A DNA stretch of 32,000 nt from Methanocorpusculum sp. GTDB taxonomy: Archaea > Halobacteriota > Methanomicrobia > Methanomicrobiales > Methanocorpusculaceae. Position 1 is the stretch's first letter, and each line of letters starts with the position of its first letter. This document shows positions 22,809 through 32,000 of this stretch, one piece after another. The stretch covers positions 98,948 through 130,947 of the forward strand of contig NZ_JAUSPQ010000004.1 in assembly GCF_030655665.1 (NCBI RefSeq). Reading direction: 5' to 3'. Both the position numbers and the translations under genes were made by a program. The notes under the pieces are model-generated. The model made no database searches. It saw only the letters and a program-made list of their open reading frames with translations, and was not told the origin of the DNA.

Positions 22809-24302
22809 TTAATGTCTGAAGTGCCGTGTTCCGGTGAACACGACCGCGACACCGAGTTCATCCGCTTTTGCGAGCACCTCGGCGTCACGGATCGAGCCAC
22901 CCGGCTGAATAAGCGCAGTTGCCCCAGCGGCAGCCGCCACTTCCAGTGTATCCGAGAACGGCAGGAACGCATCGGACCCGATCACGGTTCCTTTCATCGT
23001 TCTGCCGAACTCCGCAGCTTTCTGGACAGCGAGCTTTGCCGAGTCCACACGGTTCATCTGACCAACACCGATACCAACCGTCTCGGTCTTGTTCGCGTAG
23101 ATGATCGCATTACTTTTAGCGTACTTGACCACCTTCCAGGCGAGTTTGAGTGCTTCGACTTCGTCCGGGGTCGGGGCACGCTTTGAGACGACCTTCCAGT
23201 CCTCGATGTATGCCGGGGTCCTCTGAACGAGAATACCGCCGTCGATTGTGCGGATCTCGTCCGCAGGTTCTGCCGGAGGAAGAAGCAGAAGACGCATGTT
23301 CTGTTTCGTCTTCATCATCTCACGTGCCTCGTCGCTGAACGACGGAGCGATCAGGACCTCAACGAACGTCGAGCAGATCTCCTTGGCGATCTCGGTATCG
23401 ACAGGTGTACTCATCGCAACGACCGAGCCGTAGGCCGAAACCGGATCGACATCCCGGGCCTTGAGATACGACTCAAGCTGATTCTTTCCGACAGCCACAC
23501 CGCACGGATTATTGTGCTTCACGATTACCGTCGCAAATCCATCTAGTTCTCTGCACAAACTGACGGCGGCGTGAACATCAAGATAATTGTTGTAGGACAT
23601 CTCTTTGCCCTGCAGAGCGACCTGACCGGCGATGCCGGACGTCCCGTAGACGGCGGCCATCTGATGCGGATTTTCTCCGTATCTGAGTTTTCTGCCGTTT
23701 CCAAACTGAACAGTGTATACATCCGGGAACTCCTTCTCGATGCCGTTGAGATAGTTGGAGATCAAAGCATCGTATGCAGCCGTGCGGGTGAATGCTTTCG
23801 TTGCAAGACGGAGTTTCTGCTCCGGGGTGAACCCTCCTGTTTTGATCGCTTCGATAGCCATCGGATAATCAGATGGATCGGTCAAAACGGCAACATCCTT
23901 GTAGTTCTTGGATGCCGCACGGATCATGGCGGGGCCGCCGATATCGACGAACTCGATGAGTTCCTCGAGCGGGAGATTCTTCTTGGACATCTCCTCGAAC
24001 GGATACAGATTGACACAGAGGATGTCGATCGGCTCAATGCCGTGTTTTGCCATGACTTCATCGTCGATGCCTCTGCGGCCAAGAAGACCGCCGTGGACCT
24101 TCGGGTGGAGGGTCTTTACACGGCCGTCCATCATCTCAGGAAAACAGGTATAGTCTGAAACGTCTTTTGCAGGAATGCCGGCTTCACGCAGAGCCTTTGC
24201 CGTTCCGCCTGAACTTAAGATTCCAATGTTTTTTGCAATCAGGGCACGGGCGAGATCAAGGATCCCGGTCTTGTCCCAGACTGACAGCAGTGCAAGAGTC
24301 AT
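22809..24302 (-). CDS. purH: Bifunctional AICAR formyltransferase / IMP cyclohydrolase
   Basis: 497 aa. ALLSVWDKTGILDLARAL...SSGGTAKAL...VKTLHPKVHGG at the N-terminus and GGSIRD near the C-terminus are classical PurH motifs. Confidence 0.93.
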   Translation of the reverse strand: MTLALLSVWDKTGILDLARALIAKNIGILSSGGTAKALREAGIPAKDVSDYTCFPEMMDGRVKTLHPKVHGGLLGRRGIDDEVMAKHGIEPIDILCVNLYPFEEMSKKNLPLEELIEFVDIGGPAMIRAASKNYKDVAVLTDPSDYPMAIEAIKTGGFTPEQKLRLATKAFTRTAAYDALISNYLNGIEKEFPDVYTVQFGNGRKLRYGENPHQMAAVYGTSGIAGQVALQGKEMSYNNYLDVHAAVSLCRELDGFATVIVKHNNPCGVAVGKNQLESYLKARDVDPVSAYGSVVAMSTPVDTEIAKEICSTFVEVLIAPSFSDEAREMMKTKQNMRLLLLPPAEPADEIRTIDGGILVQRTPAYIEDWKVVSKRAPTPDEVEALKLAWKVVKYAKSNAIIYANKTETVGIGVGQMNRVDSAKLAVQKAAEFGRTMKGTVIGSDAFLPFSDTLEVAAAAGATALIQPGGSIRDAEVLAKADELGVAVVFTGTRHFRH

Positions 24303-24538
24303 TATCTATTACTATAGACGCGAGGGTTAATTAAGGGTAGCACATCTTAACCAGAGTGCTGAGAATACAGTGAAAAATCAGGGTGGGGACCGGGGTTGAT
24401 CCGGAGTATTCGGCCCTTGCGAAGATTCCCGGTCCTGGGGTGTTTACGGATATATTGTGTGAGGGGTAAGGCCTTCACGCGGGGTTGCGTGAAGGTAAAC
24501 ACTCGCTTCGGATGTAGTGAGAATAAATCCTCACTTGG

Positions 24539-24559
24539 TCGCAAATCAAAGATTTGCTC
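24539..24559. repeat. Dispersed hairpin element, remote copy (tcgcaaatcaaagatttgctc)
   Basis: Exact reverse complement of the core of 3926..3947. Located in the dnaJ-purH spacer. Confidence 0.8.
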
Positions 24560-24567
24560 CCCGTTTC

Positions 24568-24600
24568 GGATTTGGTGACGGTTTTACCGTCACCAAATCC
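24568..24600. other. Perfect 14-bp stem hairpin directly downstream of the dnaJ stop
   Basis: ggatttggtgacgg-tttta-ccgtcaccaaatcc. No T-run follows on the dnaJ strand, so a terminator role is uncertain. Confidence 0.5.
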
Positions 24601-24604
24601 TCAC

Positions 24605-25744
24605 TTACTTAAAGATCCCTCGTTTCTTCCGGCCTTCCTTCTCATCATCCTTGGATGATGAGGGAGAACCGGCACTTCCCTCTGCCTTCAGAAGCTTTTC
24701 ATACAGCTCTTTTTCAGCCGAGGAGATCTTCTTAGGGGTCGCGATCACGATCCTGACAAGCAGGTTTCCATAATTGCCGCGTCTTCGAACACCTTCGCCG
24801 GCGATCCGGAGACGGGTCCCGTAGGCAATTCCTGCCGGCACCTTCAGCGCGACCTTCGTTCTGTCGATCGTCTCGATCTCGACCTCGCAGCCGAGGACCG
24901 CCTGTGCCGGCGAGATCTCATACTGCGTGATCAGATTGTCATCCTCGCGGTCGAACTTCGGATTCGACACGACATAGACTTCGATATACAGATCGCCGTT
25001 TCTCGCTCCGTAATCTCCTGCCTCGCCGTATCCTTCCATACGCAGACGCATGCCGCTGTCGATTCCTGCAGGTACACTGACCGTCACCTTACGGCGAACC
25101 TTGGTCCTCCCCGTCCCGTTACATTTCTTACACGGAGACTCGGGGATCTTCCCTCTTCCACCGCAATTTGGACACGGGGACTGGGTGACCATCTGGCCGA
25201 AGATCGAGTTCTTCACCTGTTTGATCTGACCAGTTCCGCCGCATTTACTGCATGTGGTGGTCTTCTTCGTTGAACTGCCTGTCCCGTCACAATCAGGACA
25301 GCTTTCCATATGCATGACCTCGATCTCTTTCTGTGCTCCGAATACCGCTTCCTCAAGCGTTATCTGGATCCGCATCAAAAGATCGTCGCCCTCTCTTGGT
25401 CCGCTCTGTTTGCGGCCCCCTCCGCCAAAGAAATCGAAGATATCTCCGAATCCCGAGAAGTCCGCATTGAATCCTGCGCCTCCTGCGCCTCCAGCACCAG
25501 AGTAGTTACCCTTCGATGCATTCGTGAAATTATCATGTCCAATCTGATCATACTGCCGGCGTTTCGTCTCGTCTGAAAGAACATCATACGCCTCGTTGAT
25601 CGACTTGAACTTCTCCTCAGCCCCGTCATCCTTGCAGACATCCGGGTGATATTTCTTGGCGAGGTTTCGGTAAGCCTTTTTAATGTCTGTCTCCGTAGCA
25701 TTACGGGGCAAACCTAAGACATCATAGTACGATTCCGAACCCAT
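24605..25744 (-). CDS. dnaJ: Chaperone DnaJ (Hsp40)
   Basis: J domain YYDVLGL...KKYHPD, a G/F-rich linker, and four CxxCxGxG repeats ([32 protein letters not shown]). Confidence 0.95.
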   Translation of the reverse strand: MGSESYYDVLGLPRNATETDIKKAYRNLAKKYHPDVCKDDGAEEKFKSINEAYDVLSDETKRRQYDQIGHDNFTNASKGNYSGAGGAGGAGFNADFSGFGDIFDFFGGGGRKQSGPREGDDLLMRIQITLEEAVFGAQKEIEVMHMESCPDCDGTGSSTKKTTTCSKCGGTGQIKQVKNSIFGQMVTQSPCPNCGGRGKIPESPCKKCNGTGRTKVRRKVTVSVPAGIDSGMRLRMEGYGEAGDYGARNGDLYIEVYVVSNPKFDREDDNLITQYEISPAQAVLGCEVEIETIDRTKVALKVPAGIAYGTRLRIAGEGVRRRGNYGNLLVRIVIATPKKISSAEKELYEKLLKAEGSAGSPSSSKDDEKEGRKKRGIFK

Positions 25745-25771
25745 TTCTTACATTCCCAAAAAAAAGGAGGT

Positions 25772-27637
25772 TTAATCCTTTTTGACTTCGTAGTCTGCGT
25801 CTACGACATTGTCGTCGGTTTTGCAGGAGTCACAGTTTCCTTCACATCCAGAACCGGCCGCATTGCCTGCTGCCTGCTGTTCTTCCTGGATCTTCTGGTA
25901 CATCTTGGAGGTCGCAGCGAAGACTACTTCCTGAAGGGCGTCCATCTTCTCTTTGATCTCCTCGGAGGATGCATCCTCCTTTGCAAGGACGTCTTTGAGA
26001 GCAGAGGCGCCTGACGAAATCTTTTCCTTGTCTTCGGTGTCGATCTTGGCGGAAGTCTCTTTGTCGTTGACGAGTTTTTCTGCAGCGTAAACGGCGTTGT
26101 CGGCGTTGTTACGGAGTTCGATCTCATCACGGCGTTTCTTGTCCTCTTCCTCGAACTGTTTTGCGTCCTTGACCATCTTATCGATCTCGTCGTCCTTGAG
26201 ATCTTTTCTGCCGGAGATGGTCATCGACTGCTCGTGACCGGTTCCAAGATCCTTTGCTGAGACGTGGACGATACCGTTTGCATCGATATCGAAGGTAACC
26301 TCGATCTGCGGCATACCGCGGGGTGCCGACGGGATGCCGGTAAGCTGAAATCTGCCGAGACTGAAGTTGTCGCGGGCGAACTGACGTTCTCCCTGCACGA
26401 CATGGATCTCAACAGAGGTCTGATTGTCTGCAGCGGTCGAGAAGATCTGACTCTTTCTGGTTGGGATGGTGGTGTTTCTCTCGATGAGTTTGGTGGCGAT
26501 GCCGCCGAGGGTCTCAATACCGAGGGTCAGCGGGGTGACATCAAGTAAGACGACGTCTTTGGTCTCTCCGGTGAGGACTGCTCCCTGGACTGCTGCACCG
26601 AGTGCAACACACTCGTCAGGGTTGAGGGTCTTGTCGGGTTCTTTACCGAGGAGGCTTCTGACGGTCTCGATGACGACTGGGACACGGGTCGATCCGCCGA
26701 CAAGGAGAACATGGTTGATGTCGGAAGCGCTGAGGCCTGCATCCTTTAATGCCTGCTTGACGGGTTCGACGGTCTTCTGGACAAGGTCGCCGATAAGCTG
26801 CTCGAACTTTGCACGGGTCAGATCGACATCCAAGTGTTTTGGTCCGTCGGTGGTCGCAGTGATATATGGGAGGTTGATGCTTGCCTTCTGAAGTGAGGAA
26901 AGTTCGATCTTTGCCTTCTCGGCAGCATCCTTCAGCCGCTGGTGTGCGACCGGATCCTTTCTCAGGTCAACGCCTTCCTTCTTCTTGAACTCGTCGGCAA
27001 GGAAGTCAACGACGCGTGCATCGAAATCATCTCCTCCGAGACGGTTGTTTCCTGCGGTCGATTTGACTTCGAAGAGTCCGTCGTCAAGAGTAAGGATGGA
27101 GACATCGAAGGTTCCTCCACCAAGGTCGTAGACGAGGACGGTGACTTCGTTTTCTTTGTCGAGGCCGTATGCAAGTGCCGAGGCAGTAGGTTCGTTGATG
27201 ATACGAAGGACTTCAAGTCCGGCGATCTTGCCTGCATCTTTGGTTGCCTGACGCTGGGCGTCGTTGAAGTAGGCCGGGACCGTGATTACGGCTTTGTCGA
27301 CTTTTTCTCCAAGGTATGCCTCTGCATCCATCTTGAGTTTCTGCAGGATCATTGCAGAGATCTCCTGAGGAGAGTATTTTTTGCCGTCGATCTCGGTCGG
27401 ATGTTCGGTACCCATGTACCGTTTGATCGAGCTGACGGTTCTTCCGGGGTTGATGATCGCCTGACGTTTTGCAACGTTTCCAACGAGTCTCTCTCCATCT
27501 TTGGAGAATCCGACTACAGACGGGGTTGTTCTGAATCCTTCTGCGTTTGCGATGACAACAGGGCTCCCGCCTTCCATGATTGCAAGGCAGGAGTTGGTGG
27601 TCCCGAGGTCAATTCCGATTACTTTGTTTGATGCCAT
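25772..27637 (-). CDS. dnaK: Chaperone DnaK (Hsp70)
   Basis: [18 protein letters not shown] and [11 protein letters not shown] signatures. 621 aa. Confidence 0.97.
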   Translation of the reverse strand: MASNKVIGIDLGTTNSCLAIMEGGSPVVIANAEGFRTTPSVVGFSKDGERLVGNVAKRQAIINPGRTVSSIKRYMGTEHPTEIDGKKYSPQEISAMILQKLKMDAEAYLGEKVDKAVITVPAYFNDAQRQATKDAGKIAGLEVLRIINEPTASALAYGLDKENEVTVLVYDLGGGTFDVSILTLDDGLFEVKSTAGNNRLGGDDFDARVVDFLADEFKKKEGVDLRKDPVAHQRLKDAAEKAKIELSSLQKASINLPYITATTDGPKHLDVDLTRAKFEQLIGDLVQKTVEPVKQALKDAGLSASDINHVLLVGGSTRVPVVIETVRSLLGKEPDKTLNPDECVALGAAVQGAVLTGETKDVVLLDVTPLTLGIETLGGIATKLIERNTTIPTRKSQIFSTAADNQTSVEIHVVQGERQFARDNFSLGRFQLTGIPSAPRGMPQIEVTFDIDANGIVHVSAKDLGTGHEQSMTISGRKDLKDDEIDKMVKDAKQFEEEDKKRRDEIELRNNADNAVYAAEKLVNDKETSAKIDTEDKEKISSGASALKDVLAKEDASSEEIKEKMDALQEVVFAATSKMYQKIQEEQQAAGNAAGSGCEGNCDSCKTDDNVVDADYEVKKD

Positions 27638-27651
27638 TTTTAGTACCTTTA

Positions 27652-28182
27652 TTATTCTTTTTTCTTCGCTACGGCCACTTTTGCGTGACGAAGCACCTTG
27701 TCGCGGATCGTGTATCCAGGAACGGCGATGTCGATGATCGCACCTTCGGGAGCGTCTGCGGGGATGCAGGCGACGGCTTCATGGAATGCGGGATCGAACG
27801 TTGTTCCCGTGATTTTCATTGGTTCTATGCCGTTTCTCGAAAGGATGGACAGATACAGTTTGTGGATCTGCTCGAGTCCGTCACGAAGATTTTCGTCATC
27901 GCTTTTGAGAGCACGTTCGAAGTTGTCGAGGATGTCAATGATGTCGAGCGCAAACTTTTCGTTTGCATACCTGACAGCGCTTTCCTGATCGCGTTTAGCA
28001 CGCTTTCTGTAGTTTTCGAATTCTGCTGCGAGACGAAGATGTTTGTCATTGAGTTCATCGTATTTTTTTGTGAGTTCGTCAACAACAGTGGTTTCAGGAA
28101 CGGGATTCTCATCCGGGTTTGTGATTTCTGCCTGGGAAGAGTCAGTGTTTTTGACCTCCTTTGGCTCGGTGTGTTTGTCCAT
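27652..28182 (-). CDS. grpE: Nucleotide exchange factor GrpE
   Basis: [16 protein letters not shown] and the C-terminal beta domain [17 protein letters not shown]. The ORF is open to 28278, but the extension (MNTFAYQYGPQTK...) looks non-coding. ATG 28182 (MDKHTEPKE) is preferred. Confidence 0.9.
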   Translation of the reverse strand: MDKHTEPKEVKNTDSSQAEITNPDENPVPETTVVDELTKKYDELNDKHLRLAAEFENYRKRAKRDQESAVRYANEKFALDIIDILDNFERALKSDDENLRDGLEQIHKLYLSILSRNGIEPMKITGTTFDPAFHEAVACIPADAPEGAIIDIAVPGYTIRDKVLRHAKVAVAKKKE

Positions 28183-28350
28183 GGCTTTTCCTGTTTCGCT
28201 TGTTGCACATATTTGTTGTATTGCAGTTCTATATATTAGTTTTGTTTGTGGACCATACTGATATGCAAATGTATTCACTCCATACTAGAAGGGAAGGAGT
28301 CTGAAAGAAAAAAGCGCGATGACAGGCAAAATAATGTGGAGGTGAGAGGA

Positions 28351-28710
28351 TTATCTGTTTTCTTCCAGATATTGGATCCAGAGCATATTGTTTTCTTTGC
28401 AGAGTTCATAGCCTTTTAGCATACCATAGATCCACAAAGCAAAGGGCACGAGGAACGTCCAGCAGAAGAGAATGGACAACACCAGGTGAAGAACCCCAAG
28501 TCCAACACGTCCGGCATACATGAGTCCGGCACCGATGATGAAAAATCCCAGAATAACGGCGAGAAATTCGCTTTTCTCACCGGTGACCAGATCACCATGT
28601 GCATTTCGTGGGAGATTGCTGCGGGGCTTATTATGTATTCGTGTTCCGCACACAGGACATAGCTCAGCGGTGGTAAGAATTTCAGCACCGCACCCTGGAC
28701 AAAATGGCAT
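28351..28710 (-). CDS. Zn-ribbon plus small membrane domain protein (TM2-like), paralog of 30704..30997
   Basis: MPFCPGCGAEILTTAELCPVCGTRI ribbon, then GEKSEFLAVILGFFIIGAGLMYAGRVGLG...KENNMLWIQYL. The ORF is open to 28791, but a T-rich/TATA-like stretch at about 28800..28830 and GGAG 9 nt before ATG 28710 favour the short form. Confidence 0.6.
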   Translation of the reverse strand: MPFCPGCGAEILTTAELCPVCGTRIHNKPRSNLPRNAHGDLVTGEKSEFLAVILGFFIIGAGLMYAGRVGLGVLHLVLSILFCWTFLVPFALWIYGMLKGYELCKENNMLWIQYLEENR

Positions 28711-28836
28711 AATCAGATACTCCATATCAACGGATCGTATGATCCGGCTAACTATGATTGATTTGCCTTTGCAAGAGATAAGCATTCTCAAAACGGCATC
28801 ATATAAAAAAATAAAAAATAAAAAGATTTTTTGTTC

Positions 28837-29520
28837 TTACTCGAACAGATTGGCGAGATACTTTGCTCCCCAGAAGTAGAGGAACGGCATGATGAAGATC
28901 AGAATGACCCAGCCGAGGATCGGGATCATTAAGCAGATGAGGATGATCGCACCGAAGATGATCCAGAAGAGGATGAGCGAAAGGATGTACTTGAGCCAGC
29001 CTGCTTTGCTGATCATTCTGAATATTTCACCGAAGTGGAACGCAGCACCGAATCCGTTGCGGGCAAAGTTGACCACAGCCGGTTTTGCGAACAGAGCAAA
29101 CAGGAATGTGACGATGATACAGAGCAGAATCAGACCGAACATGAGGGCAAAACCCACACCTGTCGTGACCACGGGTACGACCGGAGACATCGCCGACATC
29201 GTTGACATTGGCGTCACGGTGGTAACTGAACTGATCGTGAACATGCCGACCGAGATAACAATCGTAAGAATGATCGGAATGATCATGTAGATGATACCAA
29301 TGATCAGTGCAAGAAGACCGTCAACAAAGGATTTTCCCATATTGTCGAGATTTGGTTCATCGCCGCGAAGGATCTTCACAAATGTTCCGTAGACTATCCA
29401 GTTGACGATCGGGATAAGGTTGAGGATCGAGAGGATCAGCCATGTTCCGATGTTGCCCCCGAGTTTCTCTTTTGCAAACCCAAAGGACGCGGTTAAATTT
29501 TCTCCAATTTCAATTGACAT
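28837..29520 (-). CDS. Polytopic membrane protein, DUF4013-like (name from recall)
   Basis: 227 aa, MSIEIGENLTASFGFAKEKLGGNIGTWLILSILNLIPIVNWIVYGTFVKILRGDEP... It is a close paralog of 29648..30304. Confidence 0.7.
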   Translation of the reverse strand: MSIEIGENLTASFGFAKEKLGGNIGTWLILSILNLIPIVNWIVYGTFVKILRGDEPNLDNMGKSFVDGLLALIIGIIYMIIPIILTIVISVGMFTISSVTTVTPMSTMSAMSPVVPVVTTGVGFALMFGLILLCIIVTFLFALFAKPAVVNFARNGFGAAFHFGEIFRMISKAGWLKYILSLILFWIIFGAIILICLMIPILGWVILIFIMPFLYFWGAKYLANLFE

Positions 29521-29647
29521 AGTATAACCATCTCTTTGTATTGAGATTTATATTATAAGGACGCAGGCATATATAAAACGATTTTGCCGCAAAGAAAAGA
29601 TCTGCAGAACCTAAAATGAAAATTAAAAAAAAAATGTTTTGGTATTC

Positions 29648-30304
29648 TTACGCAAACAGGTTTGTCCAGAACTTGCTGGCCCAGACGATGAGGAAGGGTA
29701 AAATGATGATCATAACAAGCCATCCAATGAACGGGATCATGCCAAGAAGACCAATGATACCAAAGATGACTGCAAGGATGATGATGCATAAGATGTACTT
29801 AAGCCAGCCGGCCTTTGCGACCATGCCGAAGATCTCACTGAAGTTGAATGCTGCGCCAAATCCTTTGCGGGCAAAGTTGACTATTGCCGGAGTCATGATG
29901 AGGGCAAACAGAATGAATATTATGATACAGAGAAGGATCAGTCCCATACTTGCTGCAAGGGCAGCAAACATCGCGGCTCCGCCCACTGATCCGGTAGGTG
30001 ACATGAAAACGCTGCCGATCATCAGACTGCCGACGCCAAGGAGGATAGCGATGATCGTCGGGATAAGCATGTAGATGAATGCGATGATGAATAAAAGAAG
30101 ACCATCAACAAAGGATTTCCCGATGTTTTCAACTTTCGGGTCCTCTCCGCGGTAAACCTTCAGGTATGTTCCCATTGCGATGAAGTTAACGATCGGGATG
30201 ATGGTCAGGATCATCAAAATGATCCAGTTACCAATACTTCCCACGAGTTTATCTTTTGCATAACCAAAAGATTCGGTTAAATTTTCTCCAATTCCAATTG
30301 ACAT
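29648..30304 (-). CDS. Polytopic membrane protein, DUF4013-like, paralog
   Basis: 218 aa, MSIGIGENLTESFGYAKDKLVGSIGNWIILMILTIIPIVNFIAMGTYLKVYRGEDP... It shares NFAR.GFGAAF.F.EIF.M..KAGWLKYIL with the neighbour. Confidence 0.7.
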   Translation of the reverse strand: MSIGIGENLTESFGYAKDKLVGSIGNWIILMILTIIPIVNFIAMGTYLKVYRGEDPKVENIGKSFVDGLLLFIIAFIYMLIPTIIAILLGVGSLMIGSVFMSPTGSVGGAAMFAALAASMGLILLCIIIFILFALIMTPAIVNFARKGFGAAFNFSEIFGMVAKAGWLKYILCIIILAVIFGIIGLLGMIPFIGWLVMIIILPFLIVWASKFWTNLFA

Positions 30305-30703
30305 AATAATACCATCTCCTTTTTTGAGATAGTTTATAGAAGAACGTTCTAGTATATAAAGTCACTTCTGAAGTATCTATTATGTTAAACAATATATCCG
30401 GATTTATCAACGGGAAACACAGAATTGACTCGAAACACACGGCATTATCGGGAAAATGCAACCTGACCGGAAAGGATTTGATGAAGAACGCATATCACGC
30501 GCTTTGGCAGGGTCGGATGATATGGATGGATGACGGGCATAATGCACGGTTTATGCCTACGTCCGCGGGGATCATCAGAAATGAGGGACCTGGAACACCT
30601 CGGCGGATAGCCAAAACAGGTAAAAACAGACTGGGTAAAAATAATGTTGAAAGGATGCAGGAGTCTCCCGCATCTATTTTATGAAATTATAAGGGATTAT
30701 CCC

Positions 30704-30997
30704 TTAGCGGGTCAGGTGCTGGGTCCAGAGTTCGTTGTTCTCTTTAATGGCCTTGTAGGTCAGATAGAGAGCCACGATCCAGACGATAACTGCGAGGATA
30801 GCGGGAATGATCAGGACTGCGAAAAATGCACAGATGATCTCTATAATGAAGAGAGCAATACCAAGTCCGACGCGTCCCGCATAGGCAAGTCCGATCCCTC
30901 CAAGGAAGAACCAGAGGACAATTCCCAGAATCATACTTTTTTCACCGCTGACAACTTTTCCATAGGATGTTGTCGGCAGTCCGTTTCCATTAACCAT
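30704..30997 (-). CDS. Small membrane protein (TM2-like), paralog of the C-terminal half of 28351..28710
   Basis: It has GEKSMILGIVLWFFLGGIGLAYAGRVGLG...KENNELWTQHL. aaggag lies 11 nt before ATG 30997. The ORF is open to 31018. Confidence 0.6.
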   Translation of the reverse strand: MVNGNGLPTTSYGKVVSGEKSMILGIVLWFFLGGIGLAYAGRVGLGIALFIIEIICAFFAVLIIPAILAVIVWIVALYLTYKAIKENNELWTQHLTR

Positions 30998-31325
30998 AAT
31001 TATGTTACTCCTTGCCATTCAATCAAATCGAATGATTTTCAGACATCCGTATATTACGCATACTGAGATATAAATATATCCGAAATACTACCGAAGATAA
31101 AGATAAAATCAGGCTGCATTCAGGTTATTCTCAAAAGGATAGAGATCCACCGTTTTTTTGTTTCCGGGAAATACAGGGAAAAACCCGGCGCAGAGTATAA
31201 ATTACTGACAAACTTATTAATATAGATACGGGCATCATCCACGACGTATGAGTCTGTACAAAATCATGTGTGGAGATAAAGTGATAATTTATCATGAGAA
31301 ATAAGAGCAAACTCAGGGGTGAAAC

Positions 31326-31865
31326 GTGAGTAACGTTTTCCCCGCAATACTCGCAGGTGCTGCAGCATTCATCATCTATCTGATACTGTCTGCAGGTTCG
31401 GCAACACCAAACGACGGGATCCTTCTCTGGTCATCCGCAGAAATCATCATTGGACTAATTCTTTCGATTATAACCGGGTTGATATGCCGGAAACTCTGGG
31501 TCGGAAAAAGCTATAGAATGGCAAACCCGCTTCGCTGGCTCCTCCTGATCGTCTATATCATTCCGTTTCTAATCGAACTTATTATTGCAAATCTGACCGT
31601 AGCCTGGAAGATCGTCACCGGCAGAAATATCAGACCTGGGATCGTGAAACTCACGCCTGGCATGAAAACCGACGGAGGCGCACTGCTTCTTTCGGCATCC
31701 ATCACCTATCAGCCGGGAACGGCCACGGTGGACGTGAATGACGAGACCAGGGAACTTTACGTCCACTGTCTCGATGTCGGCGAAGATCCAAAAGGGATCA
31801 TACCTGCAGATAAGATCTTCACGAAGATCGATCTCGCTAAATGGATCAGGAGGATCACCGAATGA
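31326..31865 (+). CDS. mrpE: Mrp/Mnh-type cation:proton antiporter subunit E
   Basis: 179 aa, GTG start. ANLTVAWKIVTGRNIRPGIVKL...LLLSASITYQPGTATVDVNDETRELYVHCLDV matches the MnhE/MrpE pattern. It is followed by an overlapping subunit F gene. Confidence 0.75.
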   Translation: MSNVFPAILAGAAAFIIYLILSAGSATPNDGILLWSSAEIIIGLILSIITGLICRKLWVGKSYRMANPLRWLLLIVYIIPFLIELIIANLTVAWKIVTGRNIRPGIVKLTPGMKTDGGALLLSASITYQPGTATVDVNDETRELYVHCLDVGEDPKGIIPADKIFTKIDLAKWIRRITE

Positions 31866-32000
31866 ACGATATATTCATGATCGCAGCGATCATTTTCGTG
31901 CTTCTCATCTTTGCATGCGGGGTTCGAATCTGGCGCGGACCGACAAATGCCGACCGTATGCTCGCACTCGAAGTGGTCAACATCCTCGTTGTCACCATCA
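31862..32000 (+). CDS. mrpF: Mrp/Mnh-type antiporter subunit F, N-terminal fragment (runs off the window)
   Basis: ATG 31862 overlaps the mrpE stop (ATGA). MNDIFMIAAIIFVLLIFACGVRIWRGPTNADRMLALEVVNILVVTI has the RxxxGPTxxDRxxAL pattern of MrpF. Not in the ORF track. Confidence 0.7.
   Translation, partial: MNDIFMIAAIIFVLLIFACGVRIWRGPTNADRMLALEVVNILVVTI

Noticed and set aside
23571-24158. 195-aa + strand ORF
   Set aside because: It is antisense to purH.
26942-28239. + strand ORFs of 229 aa and 219 aa
   Set aside because: They are antisense to dnaK and grpE.
30382-30684. 100-aa + ORF between the membrane-protein genes
   Set aside because: It has no motifs, an odd composition, and lies in a likely promoter/terminator spacer. 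The coding evidence is insufficient.
31248-31304. 18-codon upstream ORF (MSLYKIMCGDKVIIYHEK) before mrpE
   Set aside because: It is too short and has no supporting signal such as an SD-like motif or evidence of conservation.

Overview
This 32-kb chromosomal segment reads like a methanogenic archaeon of the Methanomicrobia type. That is an inference from an archaeal MCM, Mrp antiporter subunits, an hgcAB pair, oligo-T terminators, TATA-like boxes, and a mid-GC background with sharply AT-rich patches. Gene order from left to right: (1) mcm, partial, on the minus strand, and absent from the ORF track because it runs off the window edge; (2) a hotdog thioesterase; (3) an aldehyde dehydrogenase; (4) a 3.1-kb repeat-laden intergenic region holding an AT-rich single-gene cassette, which encodes a 637-aa orphan with a C-terminal PD-(D/E)xK-like core and is bracketed by long imperfect inverted repeats; (5) a TrmB-like regulator; (6) an SDR; (7) a wHTH regulator divergent from a possible MTH865-like protein; (8) a frameshifted helical gene; (9) a Sel1 protein; (10) hgcA-hgcB, the mercury-methylation pair, sitting behind a miniaturised duplicate of the neighbouring ars promoter/arsD/arsR region; (11) an ars island (arsD-like, arsR, a 57-aa Cys-rich ORF, ArsP-like permease, arsC, acr3, a second arsR, a second permease, a thioredoxin-like protein, two DGC proteins); (12) an AT-rich HsdR_N-like nuclease-fold gene; (13) a PlsC-like acyltransferase; (14) a Zn-ribbon/NDT-like protein; (15) purH; (16) dnaJ, dnaK and grpE (a minus-strand grpE-dnaK-dnaJ cluster); (17) four paralogous membrane proteins; (18) mrpE and partial mrpF. 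I saw no rRNA, tRNA or CRISPR array. All family names come from motif recognition by eye, since no database search or alignment program was available, so names are hypotheses while coordinates and repeats are direct observations.
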